64,000 nucleotides of DNA from Podarcis bocagei (Eukaryota): NCBI GenBank assembly GCA_964188305.1, contig OZ076885.1. The stretch is one strand, 5' to 3'. Numbering within the stretch: the first letter of the stretch is position 1; each line of letters opens with the position of its first letter. Positions 50,174 through 61,842 of the stretch are shown here, in pieces. The position numbers and the translations under genes were made by a program. The notes under the pieces are model-generated. The model had not been told where the DNA came from and did no database searches. It saw only the letters and a program-made list of their open reading frames with translations.

Positions 50174-51318
50174 CAGCGTTTCCCAACGTTTTCCCAACCA
50201 TGGCCCCCTTCTGTTCTTGTTTCCTTCCTGTGATCCCCCCCCCCCGGGTGTAGTCAAGGAGGGGCAGCTACCACCCATAAGTACAAATCAATACATATTT
50301 GAGGTTCTGCCCCCCCCTAACAAAAGCCTGCCCCCTAACAAAAATCCTGGCTATGCCCCTGCCTCTCCATCCTACTGGTAGAAAGGTAGCTATTTAAATG
50401 TTTCATATGTAAATAAAACAGATCTTATTTGTAATGTTTATAATTTATACAAAATACAATTGCATAAAATGATAGGAACAGAGTGAAATATTGTTGAAGC
50501 AGAAAAACATAGAATCATGGAGCTGGAAGGGACCCGAAGGATCATCTTTCTAGTGCAACCCCCTGCAATGTAGGAAACTCAGATAAACCTCCAAGGAAGG
50601 AGAGCCCAGAACCTCCAGAGGGAGAACCATCTTTCGTGTATTATAAAAAGGAAACAACACTTATTTGACTCATTATTTGACACAGAGGGGGAAACCTACA
50701 GAAACAGTCCAAAGGGCACACAGGGTGTTCTGTATATATGGGAGAATTTTAAAAAGCAAGTGGTCCTCACTGACCTGGTGCAAAAAGATCTTGCCATCTG
50801 GAGGAGCCCTGGCTGCCTAGATAAAACACATCCTTACCTGGGAGTAAGGCCCACTGAACTAGTGCAACTTACTTCTGAGTAGACACTTAGTTATTTACTA
50901 GATGCAAGTCAGCAGCACAAGACAACCCCGCTTGACTATGCTCTGGGGTGGATTTCACCCCACACCTTGCAGAGCCAAGTCAATGCTGCCAACGGGCTCT
51001 GCACACCTCAACAACATCCGAAGGCCCTGATCCACTAGGCACTGGGGTGGATTGCACCTTGTGCCTTGCAGAGTCAGGCCCAGGCTGCCACCACGCCCAG
51101 CACTGGCAGCAGCAACAAACAGCTCTGCCTCGCCCAGCCCTGCCAATTGCCACCCCACCACCACACTTATCTGATTCCCCGCTTCACTTCTTACTTCCCT
51201 CTGTGCCCCCCCAAGCCTACTGCTGTGCCCCCCCATTTACACGATTTTGACCTGTGCTCCCCTTGGAATATCCTGGGGGGCTGCAGGGGGCCATATGGCC
51301 CCCAGTTGGAAACCACTG
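50174..51318. mobile_element. hAT (Charlie-like) non-autonomous element with nested MITEs and a CR1 tail
   Basis: TIRs CAGCGTTTCCCAAC / GTTGGAAACCACTG; perfect TSD ATTTAGAG (50166-50173, 51319-51326); nested pieces at ~50245-50361, ~50508-50620 and ~50820-50890. Confidence 0.8.
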
Positions 51319-52941
51319 ATTTAGAGCAACATTCTTCTTGAAGTCAAAGAGAGATGCTTTGGCTCAATTTGATGCCTCTTGTACTATTCTGGAGGCTTTT
51401 TGGAAGGTGATTGGCATTTCAAACCAGGGACCTTGGTAGCAGGACACAGGCGGCCATTGCAGCTTGCTAGGGAAAGAAGTTACTATCTGTTCTGTACTGT
51501 GCTACATCATCATCACCATGCATATACTCAGTGGGTGGCATTGCAGCTACTAATTCAGGAAGGATCAGGTAACTGAAGGAGTGAATTGGGTTCTTTATGG
51601 TCTTAGAAAGATTCTACCTCCGGACTGACTCCTCGGACTAAGCTGGTTGTTGCTTATGAACATCCCATCTCAAATGCCCATCCCAACTTGATAACCTACC
51701 ACTTCCAGACCTGCTGCTTGTGTTTTGCTTTATGTAAGCACTCATTATTATTTTTTGAAACTGAGTGCTCGCTCTTTGGTGCTGAAGGCTTGAAGCATAT
51801 ATCTAGCTGAAATGTTTTTTAAGGGCTTCAACTGAAGCAAATGTATAAATATGATTTATTTTTAGGCACTGCTATTATTTTAATAGTGTTATGATTCTGT
51901 TTAATTGGACATCTTGATAATTATGTGTCATTTTTCTTTTCTTTTTTTCATTGTTCGCTCTGCTGTGAGCAGTGGCAATAAACTTAATAATAAATAAGCA
52001 AATTAGTTACCTTCACTGTTGCAAGTCTATCGCCCATTCCACCTATCACATGCCTCTAGAATAGTGCTGTATTGTCGTTGAAACTAGAGGCAAAGAGGTT
52101 GATCATGCCCTGCTAGGTCAGGCTGAAGACCCATCTAGTCCAGCATCGTTTTGCAGTTGCCAACCATATGCCTATGGGAAGTCTGATAGGGAACCAGATG
52201 CCTTAGGGAATATTAAAAATGCAATTGAGACATATCTGAGTTGGGCAGAAAACCACCAGGTCATGCCTGTACAAGGTTTATTGTGCAGCTGCAATGTTGT
52301 CCCCTATCTTCATTTATTCTTAAAATGTGTTAATTGCTTTTCCAAACAACTTGCTGCTGAAGATGGCTCACAATTTTAAGAAAAGGTAAATTAAAAAATG
52401 CAGAGGAATATAATGCTACATTTATAACTGCTAAGGGCAGTAAAAGGTCATGTATCCCAAATGCCAAGTAATAAAAATGTTTTTACCAGATGTCTGAAAG
52501 AATTAGGCAGGCCCCATTTATGGAGGGCGTTTCAACACTGAAGTGTCATAACAGTGAAAATTCAGTTCTGGGTCCTGCCTAGACTGTAGCCTCGCAGAAA
52601 GATGGAACTTGGGGAAGCCTTCTGTTTCATATGGTGTACTTTGTAGATAAGCCAGTACTCAGGTGTTTTCCCTCAAAGAGGTACAATGTGTCTAAGGTTA
52701 TGCACTTATGCAACACCCCAAAAAAGAGGACTAAAGAGGATAGGGCTTTGCATACAATTGGCATGTGCTATTGTATATGTAGAGCCGTATTTATTTAAAT
52801 AGAAATACAATGCATCTTATTGTAGTGGGGCAGACTGTGACAAGGTCCCCTGTTTGCTTGCCTAGCCTGCTTTCCAGGAGCTAAGATAAGCAGCTTCAAG
52901 GCCTCTACTGTCCCTTCTTATGGTTCATAGATGTTCATATA

Positions 52942-53167
52942 CAGTGGTACCTCGGGTTACAGATTCTTCAGGTTACAGATGCTTCAAGTTACAGACTCTG
53001 CTAACCCAGAAATAGTACCTAGGGTTCAGAACTTTGCTTCAGGATGATAACAGAAATTGTGCAGCGGTAGCGCGGCAGCAGCGGGAGGCCCCCATTAGCT
53101 AAAGAACTGTTTCAGGTTAAGAACGGACCTCCAGAACAAATTAAGTTCTTAACCTGAGGTACCACTG
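52942..53167. mobile_element. Tc1/mariner MITE, uninterrupted relative of 3101-3694 (opposite orientation)
   Basis: TA|CAGTGGTACCTC...GAGGTACCACTG|TA; contains a single cttcagga, the empty site of the nested hAT. Confidence 0.9.
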
Positions 53168-53169
53168 TA

Positions 53170-53318
53170 ATTGTAGAATCGGAAGGAATCCCAAGGGTCA
53201 TCTAGTCCAGTCCCCTGCAATGCAGGAATCCTGCCCACAGCTGTCCCTGGGTGGGCTTCAACTACCAACCTTCTGGCCAGATGTACAGTCAGATGTACTG
53301 ATCCATTGCACCACAGGC
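53170..53318 (-). mobile_element. SINE with tRNA-Asn-like head and CR1 tail (tail end displaced to ~52925 by the MITE)
   Basis: Reverse strand cctgtggtgcaatggatcag...gaaggttggtagttgaagcccacccagggac, then gcaggattcctgcattgcaggggactggactagatgaccc. Confidence 0.65.
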
Positions 53319-53589
53319 TCAATGTTTGTTGTTTTTAAACCAGATAGCCCATCCAATAGAGGACTCCCTCAAACAGGGAACAGGAACCTCTTGCCTTTTG
53401 GACTACAATTGCCTAATCGCTGACCATTGACCTTGCTGGCTTCGCTGATGGGGCTTGGAGTTCAACAACATCTGAAGGGCTACATGTTCTCAACTACTGA
53501 AACAAAGAACTGTCCTCTTCAAATGGAGCTGCGAAGTAGGGCATGTGGCTGTTTTGTCATAGATTGGGCTAAATGTGCTTCCTTTGTCA

Positions 53590-53990
53590 AGGAGTTCCCA
53601 AGCCTGAGAGGAACCACTGGGAAGGCCCTTTATGAGTTCCTAGCAAACGTTCATCAGATGTTGACAGAACTGAAAGAAAGGTCTCTCCCAAAGATCTTCA
53701 AACCCAACCAGGTTCATACGGGAGAACAGAGCCTTTCAGATAATCTGGGGCCAAGTTATGTCAACAGGCTTTGTAGATCGCAACCAGAACTGCCCAGAAA
53801 TGGACTGAAGCTGTTGTAACATGGGACTTGCATTCTCCCTATAGCCACCCCAAGTTAACAAACTGGCTGCCACATTCTGAACCAACAGAAGTTTCTGAAT
53901 GCTCCTCAAAGACAATTCCAAACAGGACATGTCACAGTAGTCCTAACAAGCTGCAATTTAAGGGAGATGTCACTGAGGTCAGATCTGATA
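53590..53990 (-). mobile_element. L2 ORF2 C-terminal fragment
   Basis: ORF 53736-53930 reads LSLRSIQKLLLVQNVAASLLT...SPMLQQL. Confidence 0.65.
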
Positions 53991-54524
53991 GATATATTTG
54001 TGTGTGCATATCTTTACATAGCCATAGATTTTTGTCTGGGAACCCTCTCCCAATCAAACATAACATTACTATTTTTTAAAAGGTTTTTATAGAGACTGTG
54101 CCACAGCAGTGACAAGCAAGCTGCAGCTGGCACTTGGGTGGGTGGCAGCAATAGTGGATGGGCCACCAACCTGCCGCCTCTCCCAGTCCAGTGCCTGAGT
54201 CAAGGGACTCACCTTACCTAATGGGAGAGCCGGAATTTCTTTGCAGAAGTGCTTTCTACATAAGGCCCCTGCAGGGTTTTATTGTGGGAGCTTCAGGAAA
54301 GAATATCAATTGAAGGCTGCAATCAGTCACCTGGAAGTAAGTGCCATTGAGCTAAGTGGTTCTGAAGTGGGATGTTTTAGGATCACACTGGGTAACTTAA
54401 GCTTCCCTTTAGACAGGATTTTTTATTTTATTTTTTGCAGGGGCAGCATCATACTGGGCATGACCAAATTTCCTGGGACTGTTTTCTCGAACCTTGACCA
54501 TACAAACCTTGACCTTGTTGGGTC

Positions 54525-55507
54525 CAGGGCCATCTTAAGCATATCTGGTGACGTGGTACAAAGATCCCTCTCCCCCCCCCCCAGTTTCCCAGAGTTGTCG
54601 ACCTTTTTAAGGAAAGGTTCCTCAGAGTTGTTGATCTGAACTTGGGAATTCCACAAGATTTCACTACAGGGAAGGAGAGGCAAGAGCTGGGGGTGGGGGG
54701 AACCTACTCCTTCCTTTACTGGATAGAAAGTGGGACAGAGGAAAGCAGGAAGGAGAGGGCATTCAACCTACCGATGGAGAGGAGAGGAGGGTGTGGTGGT
54801 CGGGAAGCTGAGCCAGGGCAGAAGTAGAGTCGCTCCTCCCGCCGACGCAGGCTTCCCTGATCCCCTCAGAGTGAGTGGGTGGGTAGGTGGGTGCGGCAGG
54901 ACAGCAGCAGATTGTCCTTGCCCACGACCACACACGCAGTGTATGGGGTGTGCGTGTTCACAACGCTACTTAAAGGGAGAAATAAAAGTGCACTTGGGCA
55001 CAGCTAAGGACGTGTCTGTGGTGGGAGGGGGAGCCAAACGCCTTGGGTAGACCCCATGAAACAATTCTTTCAGTCAGAGTTCAGCTTGGTCTCCAGAAAA
55101 GGGCATGGAAGTTGCAGGGGCAGCAGCCAAAGCAGCTCTTTCTGCTCCTGGGTGAGGCGGAGGAGAGTCATTGCAAATGCTTTGGGGTTCCCTTCTGCCC
55201 GCCGGGAAGCCGCTGCACCGAAAAGGGAGAGGTGGGGTCCTTGCTTGCTGGTGGGGAGCTTTGACAGAGAGCTGCTGGGAGAGGCTCCAGCTTCCCTGTT
55301 GAAACTGTTCCCACCCGCCTCTTCAGGGCTCTCCTCCCGTGCTCCTGCCATGCACAGGATGCTTGGGAGGCAAGCTGCACACCCGGGCGTGCAGGGAAAG
55401 GAGAGGCCGCCGGCAATGCCGCACAGCTCCCCCACTTGCTGGGGCACCCATAGAGAGCGGCGCTGTGACACAGCGCGCCACTAAGCTCTATGGGAAAGAC
55501 GGCTCTG
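54525..55507. mobile_element. Non-autonomous hAT element, CAGGGCYGTCTTA family, copy 3 (983 bp, large cargo)
   Basis: TIRs cagggccatcttaa / aaagacggctctg; perfect TSD GTTGGGTC (54517-54524, 55508-55515); subterminal sequences match copy 2. Confidence 0.85.
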
Positions 55508-56334
55508 GTTGGGTCCATCCACGTTTTGCGTCACTATATTTTGCCCTCTCTTTTATACATTTCTTTTTAATATCTTTAAGTCACAAGCAATAATACTAGA
55601 GTTCCAAAGCTAGACATGATGCAGTTTCCCCTGAACTGTAGGCTTTATGTTTGACTTCTCCCCCATGTAAACAAACTCCTCTCTGTATGAAGAACAGTGT
55701 GTTTGGCAGGGGGCTACCACCTCCCTGACATGTAAAGCTTTCTATGTCAGTTCCTCCCTCCTCCGCATCCTCTTTGGGTGGGTGTTTAAAGATGGGATTC
55801 TGGCACCTACAATCTGAAGTGAAATGGTTCAAGAAAAACTCTTCTGTGTGATTCTACTGTATGTGTAGATCAGCTGGGGGGAAAAGAGAAGGGAAATGAT
55901 AGCTTCTTTAGGCATAGTAAGGAAAACCTGAAACTCATTTTCTATAATCAGTGAATGATAGTAGTTATGAATGATCGCTGCAACACTAAGAAAATATTAG
56001 CTATCATATTTTGATAACCTGGGTGAGTCAAACTGTTGGGATCCTTTTCTGATAAGCGGCCTGGCTGACTACAACCCCCACTGTTTTAGGGCTTACCGTA
56101 TTTTTCGCCCTATAAGACGCACCGGCCCATAGGACGCACCTAGTTTTCAGGGGGGGGGAATCAAGGAAAAAAATATGATTTCCCCCCCGCAGCTCTGGGA
56201 GCAGCGGACAGGCTGCACGCAGCCTGTGCGCTACTCCAAGACCTTCTCCCTGCTTTTGCGGGAGGTGGCGGAATTCCCCCACCTCCCGCAAAAGCCCACA
56301 GGAGCCCCACTTGACTCCTGCGGGCTTTTCGACT

Positions 56335-57036
56335 AGGAGGGAGAAGGGACTGAAAGGGCCAGTCAGTCCCTTCTCCCTGCTTGGGGAAAAGCCCCCAAGA
56401 GCGGCGCGCTCTTTAAAAGGTGCACGGCTCCTGCAGGCTTTTCTAGGAGGTTGGGGAATTCCCCCACCTCCTAGAAAAGCCGGGGAGCCCCTTTAAAGAG
56501 CACACGGCTTTTGCGGGCTTTTGCGGGAGGTGGGGGAATTCCCCCATCTCCCGCAAAAGCCCAAAGGAGGGAGAAGGGACTGATTCGGCCAGTCAGTCCC
56601 TTCTCCCTCCTTGGGGAAAAGCCCCCAAGAGCGGCGCGCTCTTTAAAAGGTGCACGGCTCCTGCAGGCTTTTCTTAGAGGTTGGGGAATTCCCCCACCTC
56701 CTAGAAAAGCCGGGGAGCCCCTTTAAAAAGTGCACGGCTTTTGCCTGCTTTTGCAGGAGGTGGGGGAATTTCCCCATCTCCCGCAAAAGCCCGCAGGAGG
56801 GAGAAGGGACTGATGCGGCCAGTCAGTCCCTTCTCCCTCCTTGGGGAAAAGCCCCCAAGAGCGGCGCGCTCTTTAAAAGGTGCACGGCTCCTGCAGGCTT
56901 TTCTAGGAGGTGGGGAATTCCCCCCCTCGTAGAAAAGCCAGCAGAAGCCGCGGAGCCCCTTTAAAGAGCGCACGGCTTTTGCCTGCTTTTGCGGGAGGTG
57001 GGGGAATTTCCCCATCTCCGGCAAAAGCCCAAAGGA
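56335..57036. repeat. ~230-bp tandem repeat x3, built from hairpins
   Basis: Unit start aggagggagaagggactga at 56335, 56565 and 56795; GAATTC-centred palindromes within each unit. Confidence 0.9.
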
Positions 57037-58625
57037 GGGTTGGAGAGCAGCGGCAAGGCTTCGCGCGCCTTCCTGCTGCCCCCCATCCTCTGGGGCTGGC
57101 GATGGGGGAAGCGCTGCTTTCCCCACCGCCAGCCTCAAACCTGGGTTGGAGAGCAGCGGCAAGGCGTCGCGCGCCTTCCTGCTGCCCCCCATCCTCTGGG
57201 GCTGGCGATGGGGGAAGCGCTGCTTTCCCCACCGCCAGCCTCAAACCCGGGTTGGAGAGCAGCGGCAAGGCGTCGCGCGCCTTCCTGCTGCCCCCCATCC
57301 TCTGGGGCTGGCGATGGGGGAAGCGCTGCTTTCCCCACCGCCAGCCTCAAACCCGGGTTGGAGAGCAGCAGCAAGGCGTCGCGCGCCTTCCTGCTGCCCC
57401 CCATCCTCTGGGGCTGGCGATGGGGGAAGCGCTGCTTTCCCCACCGCCAGCCTCAAACCCGGGTTGGAGAGCAGCGGCAAGGCGTCGCGCGCCTTCCTGC
57501 TGCCCCCCATCCTCTGGGGCTGGCAATGGGGGAAGCGCTGCTTTCCCCACCGCCAGCCTCAAACCCGGGTTGGAGAGCAGCGGCAAGGCGTCACGCGCCT
57601 TCCTGCTGCCCCCCATCCTCTGGGGCTGGCGATGGGGGAAGCGCTGCTTTCCCCACCGCCAGCCTCAAACCCGGGTTGGAGAGCAGCGGCAAGGCGTCGC
57701 GCGCCTTCCTGCTGCCCCCCATCCTCTGGGGCTGGCGATGGGGGAAGCGCTGCTTTCCCCACCGCCAGCCTCAAACCCGGGTTGGAGAGCAGCGGCAAGG
57801 CGTCGCGTGCCTTCCTGCTGCCCCCCATCCTCTGGGGCTGGCGATGGGGGAAGCGCTGCTTTCCCCACCGCCAGCCTCAAACCCGGGTTGGAGAGCAGCG
57901 GCAAGGCGTCGCGCGCCTTCCTGCTGCCCCCCATCCTCTGGGGCTGGCGATGGGGGAAGCGCTGCTTTCCCCACCGCCAGCCTCAAACCCGGGTTGGAGA
58001 GCAGCGGCAAGGCGTCGCGCGCCTTCCTGCTGCCCCCCATCCTCTGGGGCTGGCGATGGGGGAAGTGCTGCTTTCCCCACCGCCAGCCTCAAACCCGGGT
58101 TGGAGAGTAGCGGCAAGGCGTCGCGCGCCTTCCTGCTGCCCCCCATCCTCTGGGGCTGGCGATGGGGGAAGCGCTGCTTTCCCCACCGCCAGCCTCAAAC
58201 CCGGGTTGGAGAGCAGCGGCAAGGCGTCGCGCGCCTTCCTGCTGCCCCCCATCCTCTGGGGCTGGCGATGGGGGAAGCGCTGCTTTCCCCACCGCCAGCC
58301 TCAAACCCGGGTTGGAGAGCAGCGGCAAGGCGTCGCGCGCCTTCCTGCTGCCCCCCATCCTCTGGGGCTGGCGATGGGGGAAGCGCTGCTTTCCCCACCG
58401 CCAGCCTCAAACCCGGGTTGGAGAGTAGCAGCAAGGCGTCGCGCGCCTTCCTGCTGCCCCCCATTCTCTGGGGCTGGCGATGGGGGAAGCGCTGCTTTCC
58501 CCACCGCCAGCCTCAAACCCGGGTTGGAGAGTAGCAGCAAGGCGTCGCGCGCCTTCCTGCTGCCCCCCATCCTCTGGGGCTGGCGATGGGGGAAGCGCTG
58601 CTTTCCTCCACCGCCAGCCTCAAAC
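57037..58625. repeat. 106-bp GC-rich tandem array x15
   Basis: Unit gggttggagagcagcggcaaggcgtcgcgcgcc...ccgccagcctcaaaccc starts at 57037, 57143 ... 58521; very few substitutions. Confidence 0.97.
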
Positions 58626-61369
58626 AGCAGACTCTCCTGGCTTCAGCGGAAGCAACGCGAAGCCTCCGGAGCGCAGGCTTCGGAGGCTTCGTGTTGCTAT
58701 CGCTGAAGCCAAGGAGTCTGCATTCGCCCCATAAGACGCACCCACATTTCCCCTTCATTTTTGGAGGGGAAAAAGTGCGTCTTATAGGGCGAAAAATACG
58801 GTACTTATTCACAGGAATTTCAAAGTGAAATAAAGAAAGGGTAACTTCTCTTTTCGAGAGATCTTAAAATATGCTTTGAGTCTCCCCAAAGCAAACATTT
58901 TAAAAGCAAAATTATGGAACCTCTTTTGGAAAAATTATATCAATCTATTTCTTTTTCCATGTGATTTCATAGAGCCAGAGCCCCTCTTGGGGTGCCGAAG
59001 CAAACCTGACCACATTTTTCCAGGCTGACATCATCTGTTTCACTCACACTTTCACATCCTGCATTAAACCTCCTGCATGCACATCAACAAGTCAGGATTG
59101 TAAAAGGAGTGTAACTGGGGAACTGTTTTTGGGTGATATTTGATAGGAGCAATTGTGCGCACTGCTGTTTTAGAGTAACTGTGGCTATAGTCTACTATGT
59201 CAACAAAAGTCACTTTTGCCATATGGAAACCTAATTATGTCAGGATGATCTGTTCCAAAACACTTTGGAGAAATTCAAGTCATTTAAACAAAAAGTAAAT
59301 CAGTTCTTTTCTTTTTTGAAAAAAAAGCATTTGAGAATCAACCTTCCTTAAATAACAGTGTTCATATTTCAGAGTTAGAACTTACAGTTAACAGATTTGA
59401 GAATAATAAAAAGGACTTTTTAGTTATTTTTAGGTGGTTGAGAATTTATTAGGTGAGAAGAAAACATAGATATTTCCCCACAGTCCTTCAGTATAAGTTT
59501 AATCTTACTTTCATTTAAGGCACTGAGTAAAATTCTGGCTCTATGGATATAAATGGCAAAATGCTCCTTGCCTCCCCACTTCAGTGTCAGTAGTATTTTT
59601 AATAATAAACAACAACTGTCCCACACATTAAAGCACATTCAAAGCATATAACCTCCCCTGAGGGAATGTAGTTTACCCCTCACAGAGAGACAGTTGCTAG
59701 CAGCCTTGACAAACTACAGTCCCCAGGATTCTTTGGGGGGAAGCCATGTGCAATGAATGTGCTTTAAATGTATGGTGTTAATGTGACTGATGGTATTTTG
59801 GTCTCCTGCACATGTTTGGCCCCATTAATGGGAATTCCTTTTTCGTGAGCCCCATTGAGGTACAGTAAAACTGCATACGGACAGTTCCCATGCATTTCAA
59901 TAGGGCCCTTGTCCAGCAGAAGTTCTTCATCACACTTAAATATAGTGCTGTAGAATATTCTTGCAATGACAATTTTAACGGGAAGAACCAAATATGTGAT
60001 GTTCACTCACAATCCCTTAAGCATCAACCAGAAATGTTAAGGAAGTCTTGGGCATTCCAGAGCATGCTCAGTTCATTTGGGTCATTGGCCAGGCCTCTGG
60101 TACTCATTGTTGGACTCCATCCTACAAGATGTGTGACACAATCCAGTGGTTATACAAAACAGGGAAAGTTGGAATGTAGGAAGCTGCCTTATACTGAGGC
60201 TGACTATTGAATCCCCTAGCTCAGTGGCTGACAGACGCTCTCCAAATTCTCTGAAGATGCCATGGACTGAATCTGAGGCCTTCTCTGTGTAAAGCTCTAA
60301 CCCTGAGCTCCTGCCCCCCCCAACTACTGCTCTCTGCCCCCAAGAAACAGAAAGGTGGATAGTGATAAATACAAGCTTCTGTCCAAGGAAGCCTGGCCAT
60401 TACTGATCTCACTGATGGCCAGAGGCCATCAATAATTGCATAGAAGAGGTGTCAGCAGTTGTCATTTGTTATACAAATGACAAAGGAGCCTTGATAGTAT
60501 TCAGTTTTATTCACTGAAGTAGACCTCCATGACTAAATTAGGTTCATTATTTACATTGTGTCTACTCTGAGTAGGATGTAGTTGTATACAACTCGCTGTC
60601 ATGTTTGGCATTTGAGAAGCCCCCAGACAAGCTTTCAAATCACCCCAGGGGGTTCCTGGATCAGAGCTTGAAACCACTTTGCACTATGTGATTTACATAC
60701 ATTTAAAAAGACCGGTTCTGGTATTTGACCTGCATCCTAAACAGGAGGCAAAAGGGAAAGTCAGAGGAAGGAAAGGAAGTGTCTGGCCAGTGCATCCCCT
60801 TCTGCATCAGTTACGTCCCAATGATATGATGCTGTCTTGCTGCTCCTTCTGCACGATAGTTGCTCCAAGCAGTGAGTCACTTCTGTGGTTTGGCAGCTGC
60901 TTTCTGGTTTCTCTACAGGCTGCCATCTGGAGAGTTTGGTGGTGACATAGTGGCTTTGAGCATGTGCTTTTTGCATTGTGGCTCCAGTTCTCTGGAATTC
61001 TCTTCCCTTCGAAGTGAAGCACGCTCCAGCATTGTCATGTTTATGTCGTCTGTTAAAAACTTTTCTTTTCTCTCCAATTAGCCTATTTTATTTCTGCAGT
61101 TTTTCATTCGTGTTAGTGTGTATGTCTTAATACTGTTTTATGATCTGAATTATCTTTCATGTTCTGTTTTCGTTCTCCACTCAGGTGTTCTCTGAATATA
61201 GAGCTACTTGTAAATTCAGAAACAAACAAAGAAAATGTGTGGGGAGAAGGAAGGGACCCCAACATTGTAAATTTGCCAGTAAAAAACACCTAACTCAGTT
61301 TATATACCATTATGAGTTTGGGGAAGTAGGTTCTGTACAGAGACCCTTCTAATCCCTGGATCCAGCAAG

Positions 61370-61842
61370 TGTTAACATCTAATCGAGGCTTCTAATTCTT
61401 GGACTAGCCAGGTTATCCTCTTGGTGAGGTGTAGGGAGAACAAAGGGAGAGGCTTTATGGGAGACGGCAAATGGGTGGGACAGATAGTGAAAGGACAAAA
61501 GCCAAAGTTGAGAGCTGAGATTTATTTTTTTTAGGTAGTGAAGTGACTTAGAAGGAAAGCAGCAAGCTGGGGCAAGAGCCAGAGCAAAGTTTGAGAGCAG
61601 TGTTGGATTTCTGTTTGAATTCAAGGCTGCAGCTATGGGAGAAACAAGACTCTCTTGGGGTGTTGATGCTGTGAGCCCCTCCATCATAGGCTCAGGTTGT
61701 ATATATGTGTAAATGAACCATATATCATAAAGACACCACAGTCTCTGCTGTGCTACATTCCCAAAGGAAACATATACGCCTAGAACCCCTGGAATATTGC
61801 ACCGTTTGGAGATTGGAGTGGCGTGCATTACCTACTGTAACA
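61370..61842 (+). mobile_element. Possible degenerate solo LTR
   Basis: TGTTA...TAACA ends and an LTR-like purine-rich U3 with a tgtaaatgaacc signal; no convincing TSD. Confidence 0.3.

Larger units (their letters stand above)
56096..58801. mobile_element. Tc1/mariner Tc2-type non-autonomous element with internal tandem arrays
   Basis: Perfect 27-bp TIR CCGTATTTTTCGCCCTATAAGACGCAC (56096-56122, 58775-58801); TA TSD on both sides. Confidence 0.93.

Noticed and set aside
57037-58625. CRISPR-like array
   Set aside because: Units are identical end to end with no unique spacers, there are no cas genes, and the context is eukaryotic.
56910-58706. 598-aa, 462-aa and 373-aa ORFs and many 89-aa reverse ORFs
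   Set aside because: Artefacts of a 106-bp GC-rich unit that lacks plus-strand stops and cycles through all three frames; no domain signature.
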